Assembly (NCBI GenBank): GCA_965115835.1
Contig: OZ220471.1
Span: forward strand, 1,486,157 to 1,550,156
Direction: 5' to 3'
DNA length: 64,000 nt
Source of the DNA: Gammaproteobacteria bacterium
GTDB taxonomy: Bacteria > Pseudomonadota > Gammaproteobacteria > Steroidobacterales > Foliamicaceae
A model generated the notes under the pieces. The model was not told where the DNA came from, ran no database searches, and saw only the letters and a list, made by a program, of their open reading frames with translations. Positions within the stretch are counted from its first letter, which is position 1; each line of letters starts with the position of its first letter. The translations under genes and the position numbers were made by a program. Positions 39,974 to 48,884 of the stretch are shown piece by piece.

Positions 39974-40174
39974 CAAGAGACTGGCGCAGAGCACCCCCGA
40001 TACTGCAACGCCGGGCCTTCGCACTCCCGGAGGGCAAACCGAACCCGGCTGTTCCCGTGAGCGCGACCGGTTGGAATCGATCTCTTCGCTTTGAATCCGG
40101 GGAATCGCAATCAATGTCTCGGTGGGAAAGGCTGCGCTTTGCAACTCGTGAAGCTCCGGCTACAGTACGGCGCG

Positions 40175-40567
40175 ATGGTCGAGTTCCTGCAACCGCCCGG
40201 CTGGCCGCGACCCTCTGGTTACGCCAATGGCGTAGCGGCGCGCGGCAAGACGGTCTATGCAGCCGGGCAAGTGGGCTGGGACGCCGCACAGCGCTTCCCT
40301 CCCGGCCTGCCCGAGCAGGTCGAGCAGGCGCTGCGGAACGTGCTGGCGGTAATTTCGGAAGCCGGCGCCGCGCCACAGGATCTGGTTCGCCTCACCTGGT
40401 TCGTCACCGACCGGCAGGCTTACATCGACCAACAGCGCGAAGTGGGCGCGGCTTACCGGCGCGTTGTAGGCCGGCACTTTCCGGCCATGAGTCTGGTCCA
40501 GGTGGCCGGTCTGGCAGAACCGCAAGCGCTGGTGGAGATCGAGGCCACCGCCGTCATTCCGGATTGA
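40175..40567 (+). CDS. RidA/YjgF-family (enamine/imine deaminase-like) protein
   Basis: GYANGVAARGKTVYAAGQVG...NVLAVISEAGAAPQDLVRLTWFV...PAMSLVQVAGLAEPQALVEIEATAV. Confidence 0.8.
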   Translation: MVEFLQPPGWPRPSGYANGVAARGKTVYAAGQVGWDAAQRFPPGLPEQVEQALRNVLAVISEAGAAPQDLVRLTWFVTDRQAYIDQQREVGAAYRRVVGRHFPAMSLVQVAGLAEPQALVEIEATAVIPD

Positions 40568-40576
40568 CCCGCACCA

Positions 40577-40697
40577 CAGCAATTCCCGCCAACGATGCAG
40601 AGTCGTTCGTTCAGGGCCGGATACCCAGGCTTGTGACCATTCAGGCGTTGGATCGGAGCTGATTTTCGAGCATTGTCGCGCTTGGCGGGAATTGCTG
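40577..40697 (+). mobile_element. MITE copy B (121 bp)
   Basis: 16-bp perfect terminal inverted repeat CAGCAATTCCCGCCAA / TTGGCGGGAATTGCTG. Flanked by a perfect 9-bp direct repeat CCCGCACCA (40568-40576 and 40698-40706). Confidence 0.85.
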
Positions 40698-40758
40698 CCC
40701 GCACCAGACACATCACGGCGATGCGGTGGCCGACACGCGCAAACGAGCCGCCGCGCGG

Positions 40759-41448
40759 CTACACGGCAGCCCGGAAATACACGGGCTGGGCGTTCTGTGG
40801 AGGAACCGCGAGCCCGCGCCGCCAAGCCTCGCGGGCCAGGCGCAGCACGGTGCGCGCGCGGGGTCTGGCGGCAGGCGCCAGGGATACGATCCGCGACTGT
40901 TGCGCGGGCCGCGCTGCAACACATCCCGCCCAGGCGCCGCCCGCCGCCACGAACTTTGCAGCGCCCGGAAAATGCAGATCGTTCGCGTTCGCAATCCGGT
41001 CTTCGTCCCGGGGGACCACAAGCCCCGATTCGCCGGCTTGGTACCAACCCGAATAGACTTCGCCCCGACCGGCATCCAGCACGGGAGCGACCAACACATC
41101 GCCGCGGCCGGCTGACCTTGCCAAACCATCCAGCGCATCCTGGGCCAGTGAAGCCAGACTGGAGACGGGGCACAGGCGCAGACCCAACCCGATGCCCAGC
41201 CCTTGCGCCGCAGCGGCGGCCACCCGCAGGCCGGTGAACGATCCGGGCCCCTTGCCGAAAGCAATGCAATCAAGGCGTCGCAGCGACAGCCCCGTGCTCT
41301 CCAGTACCTCATCGACCGCGTCGAACAGGGCGCCTGCCGCCTTGCGGCCCTCGGGAAGACCGATCTCGCATTGCCGATTCCCGTTGCAGGCGGCCACGGT
41401 GGCCGCTGCAACGCCAGCCTCCAGCGCCAGACAGCGGAACCCGCTCAT
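40759..41448 (-). CDS. tsaB: tRNA threonylcarbamoyladenosine biosynthesis protein TsaB
   Basis: LALEAG..., LDCIAFGKGPGSFTGLRV. The ATG at 41448 overlaps the helicase stop (ATGA). Confidence 0.8.
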   Translation of the reverse strand: MSGFRCLALEAGVAAATVAACNGNRQCEIGLPEGRKAAGALFDAVDEVLESTGLSLRRLDCIAFGKGPGSFTGLRVAAAAAQGLGIGLGLRLCPVSSLASLAQDALDGLARSAGRGDVLVAPVLDAGRGEVYSGWYQAGESGLVVPRDEDRIANANDLHFPGAAKFVAAGGAWAGCVAARPAQQSRIVSLAPAARPRARTVLRLAREAWRRGLAVPPQNAQPVYFRAAV

Positions 41449-43460
41449 GCGGCCCCGGTCGATTGCTCGCCCGCAATCCGGGCCAGGAATTCCATGGCCT
41501 CGGCGGCGCTTCGGGTCAGCGGCATGGGAGGAAGACTGGCCAGAAAACGGCGCCCGTACGACTTGCTCAGCAAGCGCGGGTCGCCAATCAGGACCACTCC
41601 GCCGTCGCGCTCGCCGCGCACCAACCGCCCCACGCCCTGCTTGAGCGCCAGTACCGCTTCGGGAAGCGCCATCTGGCCGAAGGGATCCCCGCCCCGCGCT
41701 CGCACCGCCTGCTGGCGCGCCCGGAAAACCGGATTCGCGGGCGATTCGAAGGGCAGGCGGTCGATAACCACCAGCACAAGGCCGGATCCGCGCACATCCA
41801 CCCCCTGCCAGAAGCTTCGCGTTCCCAACAGCAGGGCATCGCCGCGGCGGCGAAAATCCTCCAGCAGAAGGTTGCGCGGCTTGCCCGCTCCCTGGACCAC
41901 GAAGCGATCCTTCCAGACGGGGTCGAGACGCAGGTATTCCCGCGCCTCGTCAAGGGCGCGATAGCTGGTAAACAGCAGAAAGGCCCTCCCTCCGGCGACC
42001 GCCGCCAGGGGCAGCGCCGCGTCGACAACGGCGCGCGTATGACCGTTCTTCGCCACCCCCGGAAGCGGCAGATCCTGCGGCACATACAGCCTGGTGTTGC
42101 GCCGGTAGTCGTAGGGGCTGGCCACGATCAACTCCCGGGGGGTTTCCAGGCCAAGCCGTCTGGCGTAGTGATCCAGGTTTCCGTCCATGCTCAATGTGGC
42201 CGAAGCAAACACCCAGGCCGCTTCCGTCTGCTCGATCAGATGTCCGAACTCGTCGGCGATATCCACCGGCGTCAGGTTGAAGTTGACATTTGCGCGCGTG
42301 ATGCGCATCCAACCGGCGCGCAGGTCGGCGTGAGCCCCCTGCCCTTGCGGCCCCGCCCCGGGACCATCGCGTTTTGCCTCGCCCTTCGCGTTACCGGGCT
42401 GCAATTCTTCCAGGGATCCGCACATCTCCTCAAGCTGGCGCCGCAACTCGGCCAGTCCCGTCGCGGCATGCTGCAAAGGGGACTGCTGCTCCTCCCCCAC
42501 GAGGTCCTGACAACACTCGATCAGTTCGTCCATCGCGAACTCCAGCAGCGATATTTCCCCGCGCAGCATGCCGGGTGTCCAGTCCCGCTCACCGCTCTCC
42601 CGAGGACAGGCCAGCCTCAGGTCGCGCAACGCCTGATTCAGTGCAGCATGCGCCTCCTGGACTTCATCCCAGCAGCCATGAGCCAAGGCCTCCTGCTGAA
42701 TATCGTCGAGTGCGCCGGCGACTTGCCGGATGCTCAGGCTCAACGCAAGGCTTTCCCGGGCAACTTCCGGCAAGGCGTGCGCCTCGTCCACCACCACGCA
42801 GTCGAATTTCGGCAACAACCCGTCCGCGCCGTCGGCCCTCAATCGCAGGTGCGCCATCAGGACGTGATGGTTGACGATCACGATCCCGGCGCGGACAGCG
42901 CGGTCACGAGCGCGAAACACATGACAGGAGTCGAACTCCGGGCACTCCTTCCCGAGGCAGTTGTCCCGGGTCGAGGTAATGCGGCGCCCAAGCAGGGCAT
43001 TCTCCGGCAAGCCGGGACATTCGGCGAGGTCGCCGGATACCGTATGTTCCGCCCACGACCGGACCAGGGCAAGTTCAGCCTGCCCCGCCATCTCCAATTC
43101 GCCCGCGGACTCGGCAGTGCGAGCGAGCCGATAGCGGCACAGGTAGTTGCCCCGCCCCTTGAGCATGCGGACCTTTACCGGCCGGCCCAGCGCCTCGCTG
43201 ATCGCGGGCAGGTCCCGGTGGAACAACTGGTCCTGCAGGTTGCGGGAGTGCGTGGAAATCACCGCTCGGCGGCCCGCCAGCAACAATGGAACCAGATAGG
43301 CGGCCGTCTTTCCGGATCCAGGCCCGGCTTCGGCGACGAGACAGCCTCCTTCGGCAAGCGTCCCGGCTACCGCTTCCGCCATTTTCGACTGTCCTGCGCG
43401 CACCGCATAGTCGGCTATGGCGCGGGACAGCGGCCCGCCGGCAGCGAACGCGCCCCGCAC
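41445..43460 (-). CDS. ATP-dependent DNA helicase, DinG/YoaA (XPD-like Fe-S) family
   Basis: AEAGPGSGKTAAYLVP, Fe-S Cys set (NYLCRY...CLGKECPEFDSC), VVDEAHALPE, C-terminal GVDVRG...VIDRLPF. Start uncertain: I prefer GTG 43460 (VRGAFAAGGPLSRAI) over the ORF-track start 43616, which lies inside dnaB. Confidence 0.8.
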   Translation of the reverse strand: MRGAFAAGGPLSRAIADYAVRAGQSKMAEAVAGTLAEGGCLVAEAGPGSGKTAAYLVPLLLAGRRAVISTHSRNLQDQLFHRDLPAISEALGRPVKVRMLKGRGNYLCRYRLARTAESAGELEMAGQAELALVRSWAEHTVSGDLAECPGLPENALLGRRITSTRDNCLGKECPEFDSCHVFRARDRAVRAGIVIVNHHVLMAHLRLRADGADGLLPKFDCVVVDEAHALPEVARESLALSLSIRQVAGALDDIQQEALAHGCWDEVQEAHAALNQALRDLRLACPRESGERDWTPGMLRGEISLLEFAMDELIECCQDLVGEEQQSPLQHAATGLAELRRQLEEMCGSLEELQPGNAKGEAKRDGPGAGPQGQGAHADLRAGWMRITRANVNFNLTPVDIADEFGHLIEQTEAAWVFASATLSMDGNLDHYARRLGLETPRELIVASPYDYRRNTRLYVPQDLPLPGVAKNGHTRAVVDAALPLAAVAGGRAFLLFTSYRALDEAREYLRLDPVWKDRFVVQGAGKPRNLLLEDFRRRGDALLLGTRSFWQGVDVRGSGLVLVVIDRLPFESPANPVFRARQQAVRARGGDPFGQMALPEAVLALKQGVGRLVRGERDGGVVLIGDPRLLSKSYGRRFLASLPPMPLTRSAAEAMEFLARIAGEQSTGAA

Positions 43461-43516
43461 CTGATCCAGGGTGGTGCTGATATCGCTCTCCTGCGGCGCG
43501 GTCCGACGCCTGCCAG

Positions 43517-44920
43517 TCAGTATTCGACGGAGGGCGGAGGCGGAAGCTCCTCGTCGTCGTCGCCGGGTTGAAGATCGCGGAAGCGCATGCATGCGCTCTC
43601 GAAATACACCTCGCATTCGCCAGTGGGTCCATTGCGCTGCTTGGCGACAAGGATCAGGCGCTTGCTGGCCTGGAACTGCTCCTGCCTTTCCTGTGGGGCA
43701 GCCACCGTCACGAAGGCCACCACATCGGCATCCTGTTCGATGGCGCCGGAATCGCGCAGATCGGAAAGTTGCACCCGGCGGTCGGGCCGGCGCTCCACCT
43801 CGCGATTCAACTGCGACAGCACCACAACAGGCACATCCAGCTCTCTCGCCAGCGCCTTGAGCGACTTGGAAATCGTGCCCAGTTCGGTGGCGCGGTTCAC
43901 GTCGCGACGTTCGGTGGGCGCTGCGTCAATGAGTTGCAGATAATCCACCAGGATCAGACCCAGCCGGCGACCGGCCCTGTCCTCGGCCCGTGCGACCCGA
44001 CGGGCGCGCGAGCGAATCCGGTCGGGCGTGAGCATCTGCGAGTCGTCGATCAGAAGCGGCGCGTCCTTGAGCATGTTCAACGCGCTGTTCACCTTGCTCC
44101 AGTTCCTGCCGATCCTGCCGACCCGAAGTTCGCTGTGGTCGATCTCGCCCAGCGAGGAAAGCAGCCGGAGCGCGATCTGCTTTTTGGGCATCTCCAGGCT
44201 GAACAACAGCACCGAGACCGGCTTCTGGCCCAGCACCGCATATTGCGCAATCGTCAGCGCCAGCGAGGTCTTTCCCAGCGAAGGCCGGCCAGCGAGAATG
44301 ATCAGGTCGCTGCTCTGGAGTCCTGCGGTCAGGTTGTCGAAATCCGTCAGGCCGGTGGGCACTCCCGTTACCGCATCGCCGCTCCGTTCGCGCTCGCGCA
44401 ACCAATCGACCAGTTCGGCGCGAAATTCCTCGCTCATGCCCAGCTCGTCGAGATCGCCGCGATAGCTTTGCTCGTTGATCCGGAAAATCTCCTGCTCGGC
44501 CTCCTCGAGCAGCTCCCGGGCTTCACGGCCGCCGGTCTTCAGGACCTTTCCGGCAATCCGCCTTCCCGCGCGCGCCAGTTGGCGCAGAATCGACATGTCG
44601 CGCACGATCCGCGCATAAGTCTGCACGTTGGCCGCGCTTGGCGTGCCGAGCAGCAGGGTGCCCACGTAACCGGCGCCGCCGGCGTCATCCAACTGCTCGC
44701 GGGAGCGCAGATGCTCGCAAACCGTGAGGTTGTCACAAGGCTTGCCGTCGCTGATGAGATCGCGAATCGCGCTGTAGATCAACTGGTGGTCGCCCCGGGA
44801 GAAATCACCCCCGCCGAGCAGGTCGGCCACCTCGTCCCAGGCCTCGTTGTCCAGCATCAAGCCGCCCAGCAAGGCCTGCTCGGCCTCCACCGAGGACGGG
44901 AGAAGCTCGCCTTCAGCCAT
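43517..44920 (-). CDS. dnaB: Replicative DNA helicase
   Basis: PSSVEAEQALLGGLML, GRPSLGKTSLAL, LILVDYLQLI, LSQLNREVE, IEQDADVV, KQRNGPTG. Start at ATG 44920. Confidence 0.95.
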   Translation of the reverse strand: MAEGELLPSSVEAEQALLGGLMLDNEAWDEVADLLGGGDFSRGDHQLIYSAIRDLISDGKPCDNLTVCEHLRSREQLDDAGGAGYVGTLLLGTPSAANVQTYARIVRDMSILRQLARAGRRIAGKVLKTGGREARELLEEAEQEIFRINEQSYRGDLDELGMSEEFRAELVDWLRERERSGDAVTGVPTGLTDFDNLTAGLQSSDLIILAGRPSLGKTSLALTIAQYAVLGQKPVSVLLFSLEMPKKQIALRLLSSLGEIDHSELRVGRIGRNWSKVNSALNMLKDAPLLIDDSQMLTPDRIRSRARRVARAEDRAGRRLGLILVDYLQLIDAAPTERRDVNRATELGTISKSLKALARELDVPVVVLSQLNREVERRPDRRVQLSDLRDSGAIEQDADVVAFVTVAAPQERQEQFQASKRLILVAKQRNGPTGECEVYFESACMRFRDLQPGDDDEELPPPPSVEY

Positions 44921-45620
44921 CTCCGGAGCGATTCGCGGCCCCCTCCGGCGGCGTGGTGGGTCCGGCGGGTTCCGTGTCGCCTTCCGTCCGCTGCGCTTCC
45001 TGCGCCGCCTCTGCTTCCTGCGCCGTCGCATCTGCCTCCTGCGCTACCGCCTCGGCTTCCTGCGCTGTCGCCTCGGCCTCCTGCGTGAATCCCGTCCGAT
45101 CCCCGTCCTCCGCCTCTTCCTCGTCGTCCGAAGGCAGGGGTTCGGCGCCAGGCAAGGTCTCGATATCGCTCTCCTGCCCCACCACATGAACGGCGATTTC
45201 CTCGGTCACGTCCGCATGCAACTTGAGCACAACCCGGTGCTCTCCCAATTCCTTGATCGGGCCTTCCGGCATCTGGACCTCGGCGCGGGCAACTTCCACG
45301 CCCGCCTCCGAAAATCCGGCCGATATCTCGGCAGGACCCACCGAACCATAAAGCTTGCCTGCTGGTCCGGCGTTGGCCACGATGACCAGCGGCGCCGCTG
45401 CCCTGACCTGCCCGGCGCGCGCTGTCGTGGCCGCCATGCGCTCTTTCTCCAACGCCAGCAACTCCGCACGGCGCAGCTCGAACGCGGCGACCTGCTCATC
45501 GGTCGCCGGCGCCGCCTTGCCCTGCGGCAGCAGATAGTTGCGCCCATAGCCGGGGCGCACCTCCACGATGTCTCCGATGCCGCCGAGGCTCTCGACACGC
45601 TCCAGAAGAATAATCCGCAT
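44913..45620 (-). CDS. rplI: 50S ribosomal protein L9 with ~85-aa acidic C-terminal extension
   Basis: MRIILLERVESLGGIGDIVEVRPGYGRNYLLPQGKA. 235 aa, against about 150 usually. The tail is rich in (A/T)AQEAEA repeats. Confidence 0.9.
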   Translation of the reverse strand: MRIILLERVESLGGIGDIVEVRPGYGRNYLLPQGKAAPATDEQVAAFELRRAELLALEKERMAATTARAGQVRAAAPLVIVANAGPAGKLYGSVGPAEISAGFSEAGVEVARAEVQMPEGPIKELGEHRVVLKLHADVTEEIAVHVVGQESDIETLPGAEPLPSDDEEEAEDGDRTGFTQEAEATAQEAEAVAQEADATAQEAEAAQEAQRTEGDTEPAGPTTPPEGAANRSGDG

Positions 45621-45629
45621 GCCGGTAAC

Positions 45630-45857
45630 CTATGCCTGCCGGTCCGTGTACGGCAGCAGGGCCAGAAAGCGGGCTCGCTTGACGGCCCGCGCCAACTGGC
45701 GCTGATAGCGTGCCGAAGTGCCGGTGGTGCGCGCCGGGATGATCTTGCCCGTCTCGCTGACGAACTGCCTCAGCAGGCCCACATCCTTGTAATCGATCTC
45801 CTCGATCCCTTCCGCAGTGAACCTGCAATAACGACGGCGGCGGTTGTAGCGATTCAT
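45630..45857 (-). CDS. rpsR: 30S ribosomal protein S18
   Basis: [65 protein letters not shown]. Confidence 0.95.
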   Translation of the reverse strand: MNRYNRRRRYCRFTAEGIEEIDYKDVGLLRQFVSETGKIIPARTTGTSARYQRQLARAVKRARFLALLPYTDRQA

Positions 45858-46768
45858 TTCTCTTTCTCCCCGGCATCCTCGTGGTTGGCATCGTCTGCGG
45901 GCGGCGCATCGGAGGACTCGCCGGCGGCTTCCGCCTCGTCTTCGCCTGCGGCCGGGACTTTCTCCGCATCCGACCGCGCCGAACCGGGCGCAGCAGCATC
46001 CTCCGCGTCCGACTGCGCCAAACCGGACGCAGCAGCATCCTCCGCATCCGACTGCGCCGAACCGGACGCAGCAGCGTCCTCCGCATCCGACTGCGCCGAA
46101 CCGGACGCAGCAGCGTCCTCCGCATCCGACTGCGCCGAACCGGACGCAGCAGCGTCCTCCGCATCCGACTGCGCCGAACCGGACGCAGCAGCGTCCTCCG
46201 CATCCGACTGCGCCGAACCGGACGCAGCAGCGTCCTCCGCATCCGACTGCGCCGAACCGGACGCAGCAGCGTCCTCCGCATCCGACTGCGCCGAACCGGG
46301 CGCAGCAGCGTCCTCCGCACCAGTCTGGGCCGAATCACCGGCTGCCGCGGCGTCGCCGGCCGCGCGTCGCTCGCTCGCCGACGACTTCCGGCCATGGGCC
46401 AACTCGCGGTCGTAGGGATACTCCTTGCCCTCGCGCGCGGCCTCCCTTTCCGCAGCCTTTGCCAAAACCGACTGCTCCGTGATCGCATCGTCGCGACGTA
46501 TGACCAGGTGGCGCAGCACCGCGTCGCTGAAATGCAATGCGCCCACCAGCTCGTTCAGGGCCTCCTTGCCGCACTCCACGTTCATGAGCATGTAATGCGC
46601 CTTGTGAAACTTGGCAATGGGATAGGCAAGCATGCGCCGGCCCAGGTCCTCGTTGCGGTGGATCTGGCCGCCGCCGCCTTCGATGATGCCCACGTAACGG
46701 TCCATCATTACCCGGACTCGTTCGCTCTGATCCGGGTGGATCAGAAGCATGATTTCGTAATGTCGCAA
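45854..46768 (-). CDS. rpsF: 30S ribosomal protein S6 with ~175-aa repetitive acidic C-terminal tail
   Basis: TTG start at 46768 six nt after AAGGAG. (M)[17 protein letters not shown]... S6 core, then a 13-aa unit [13 protein letters not shown] repeated about 9 times. The stop overlaps the rpsR ATG (ATGA). Confidence 0.9.
   Translation of the reverse strand: MRHYEIMLLIHPDQSERVRVMMDRYVGIIEGGGGQIHRNEDLGRRMLAYPIAKFHKAHYMLMNVECGKEALNELVGALHFSDAVLRHLVIRRDDAITEQSVLAKAAEREAAREGKEYPYDRELAHGRKSSASERRAAGDAAAAGDSAQTGAEDAAAPGSAQSDAEDAAASGSAQSDAEDAAASGSAQSDAEDAAASGSAQSDAEDAAASGSAQSDAEDAAASGSAQSDAEDAAASGSAQSDAEDAAASGLAQSDAEDAAAPGSARSDAEKVPAAGEDEAEAAGESSDAPPADDANHEDAGEKEK
45964..46314. repeat. 39-bp in-frame tandem repeat x 9 inside rpsF
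   Basis: Unit ccgcatccgactgcgccgaaccggacgcagcagcgtcct. Unit boundaries checked at 45964 + 39n. The six units 46042-46275 are identical by eye, and the outer ones carry 1-4 substitutions. Confidence 0.9.
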
Positions 46769-47396
46769 GGAAAACTCCTTAGTGGTCTCAAGGCCGCCCG
46801 CCCGAGCGGTGCGGCTAAGGAAGTGTCCGCAAGGCAGCCCCGGCGAACGGACAACCCGCCGCCATCGCGCCGACCGGGCTGCCGCGGAGCCGCAGATTAT
46901 ACGCAAGCGCCGCGCACCGGCACGGCATGTTTCCGCCGGTTGGGCGACAACCGTACCCGTCCGCCGGGAAAAGGGCGCCGAGCCGATGTTCGCGCGGGAT
47001 CAGGCGCCCTGCCCGGCGGTCGCCCGCCCGACGCACCGGGGCAAACGCTTGCGAGCTGGATAACGCCGTTCCCGAATACCACTGTTCGCCGTCGCACCTG
47101 CTCCTGCAATGCGCATAACGCTTCGGTCGGGCCGTGAAACGGTCCGACATAAGGGGGCATCGGTGAACAAAATCGGGGAATCTCCTGCCGTTGCGGCGGT
47201 CGGGAATATCTGTTTCGCTGAACCTCCACGGTTCGCCCGAACGTTTACCGAACAATTCCGTCACGCCCGACCTGCACCCGCTCGCTCCGCCATGCCCGCC
47301 CTGACTGCTCCTGGCGAGCGCACGCCGGTATTTGCAACATCTCATCGCCCGGAATTCCGCAATCCGGAGATATACGGGCCGGCTGGCCGTTGCTGC

Positions 47397-48884
47397 TCAG
47401 AGCAGGTCCAGATCCAGATACCCCCGCTCCTGGTCCACCCGCGCGATGCGAACCGAAACCGCCTGTCCGAGCGCATATCCGTGCAGCCGCATGCCGGATT
47501 TCCCCCCAGCGGCTCGCCGGCGGGCATGGGGCGCCGGCAGCCGCCAGCGCGGCGCCAGACCGCTCAATCCCACTTCGGGAAGCTGTACGAAAAGGCCCTT
47601 GCCGATGCCGTGGGACACCACCCCATCGAAAATGTCGCCCAGGCGGGCCGACAGGTAGCGCAACTTGTAAGCCTGCACCGCGCCGCGCATGGCCGCCTCC
47701 GCCTGACGCTCCAGCTCGGAGCACGAAACGCCCAGGCCGGCCAGTTGCGCGCCGCGCACCGGCGCCGACTCGCCCCGGCCGCCGTCCAGAAGGTGCTTGA
47801 TTGCGCGGTGCGTCAGGAGATCGGGATAACGCCGGATCGGCGAGGTGAAATGCGCATAGGAGGCCAGCGCCAGTCCGTAATGACCGATGCTGGCAGGTTG
47901 ATAGCGCGCCTGCTGCATGCAGCGAAGCATGCCCAGCGCCACCATGCTGTACACAGGCCGGCCCTCAAGCCGCCGCAACGCGGCGTTGATCTCGCCGGGG
48001 CGACGGCTCACGGCGTCCGAAAGTTTGCCGCCCACCCCGGCAAACAGGTTGCGCAGTTCCTCCAGCCCGTCTGCGTCCGGCGGCGGATGGACACGATAAA
48101 GCGCCGGCATCCGGGCCCGGCCCAGGAAACGCGCAGCGGCCACATTCGCCGCAATCATGAGCTCCTCGATCACCCGGTGGGCGTTATGGCGCTCGGTCTG
48201 CTCGATGCCCAGGACGCGACCGTTGGCGCCAAGGCGCACCACTGTTTCCGGCAACTCCAGATCCAATGCTCCACGCCGCCGCCGGGCCGCCGCCAGCAAG
48301 CGCCACGCGCCGTAGAGGTTCTCTACCGGTTGAAGCAATTCGCCCAGCCGGCGGCGCGCCTTCACGTCCCCGGCCTCGATCGCGGAGTGCACCCCGGAAT
48401 AGGTTAGCCGGGCGGCGGAGCGCATGAGCGCCCGAAAGAAGCGCCATGACTCGAGGCTGCCGTCCGCGCCCAAGCGCAGTTCGCAAGCCAGACACAAGCG
48501 GTCTACGCCGGCCTTGAGCGAACACAGGTCGCTGGAGAGCGCTTCCGGCAGCATCGGCAGTACGGAGCCCGGGAAGTACACGGAAACTCCGCGCAACTGC
48601 GCCTCCGCATCCAGCGGATCGCCCGGCCTGACATAGTGGGACACATCGGCGATCGCCACGATCACTCGCCAGCCCTCGCCGTGCGGTTCGGCAAAAACAG
48701 CGTCATCGAAGTCCCTGGCGTTCGCTCCGTCGATCGTTACCAGCGGCGCCGACCGCAGGTCTTCGCGCTCGCCGGGCCGCGCGGGCCTTGCGGCGACCTC
48801 CCCGGCGCGGGCGCGCACCTTTCCCGGCCAGCCCGCGCGAAGACCGGCTGCGGCGATGATCCGCTGCTCAATGGAGGTGGGCAT
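47397..48884 (-). CDS. RNB-domain exoribonuclease (RNase R/II family) lacking the N-terminal cold-shock domains
   Basis: TIDGANARDFDDAV, VAIADVSHYV, SVYFPGSVLPMLPE, HYGLALASYAHFTSPIRRYPDLLTHR, C-terminal S1-like GVVSHGIGKGLFVQL. Only 495 aa. Confidence 0.8.
   Translation of the reverse strand: MPTSIEQRIIAAAGLRAGWPGKVRARAGEVAARPARPGEREDLRSAPLVTIDGANARDFDDAVFAEPHGEGWRVIVAIADVSHYVRPGDPLDAEAQLRGVSVYFPGSVLPMLPEALSSDLCSLKAGVDRLCLACELRLGADGSLESWRFFRALMRSAARLTYSGVHSAIEAGDVKARRRLGELLQPVENLYGAWRLLAAARRRRGALDLELPETVVRLGANGRVLGIEQTERHNAHRVIEELMIAANVAAARFLGRARMPALYRVHPPPDADGLEELRNLFAGVGGKLSDAVSRRPGEINAALRRLEGRPVYSMVALGMLRCMQQARYQPASIGHYGLALASYAHFTSPIRRYPDLLTHRAIKHLLDGGRGESAPVRGAQLAGLGVSCSELERQAEAAMRGAVQAYKLRYLSARLGDIFDGVVSHGIGKGLFVQLPEVGLSGLAPRWRLPAPHARRRAAGGKSGMRLHGYALGQAVSVRIARVDQERGYLDLDLL

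Noticed and set aside
45964-46314. CRISPR array (also considered for 63143-63402)
   Set aside because: The repeats are directly abutting with no unique spacers. One is in-frame coding and the other has 115-bp units. There are no cas genes in the window.
44847-47137. Repeat-containing ORFs 44847-46415 (+), 45881-47137 (+) and 45496-46488 (-) with striking repeated peptides ([12 protein letters not shown]..., [13 protein letters not shown]..., [13 protein letters not shown]...)
   Set aside because: They are the 39-bp rpsF repeat read in the other frames and strands. Only the minus-strand frame continuing from the S6 core has a ribosome-binding site and a recognisable protein.
46769-47396. Degraded rlmB between rnr and rpsF
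   Set aside because: None of the minus-strand frames, including ORFs 46815-47345 and 46897-47229, shows SpoU/RlmB-like motifs. I cannot support a pseudogene call without BLASTX.
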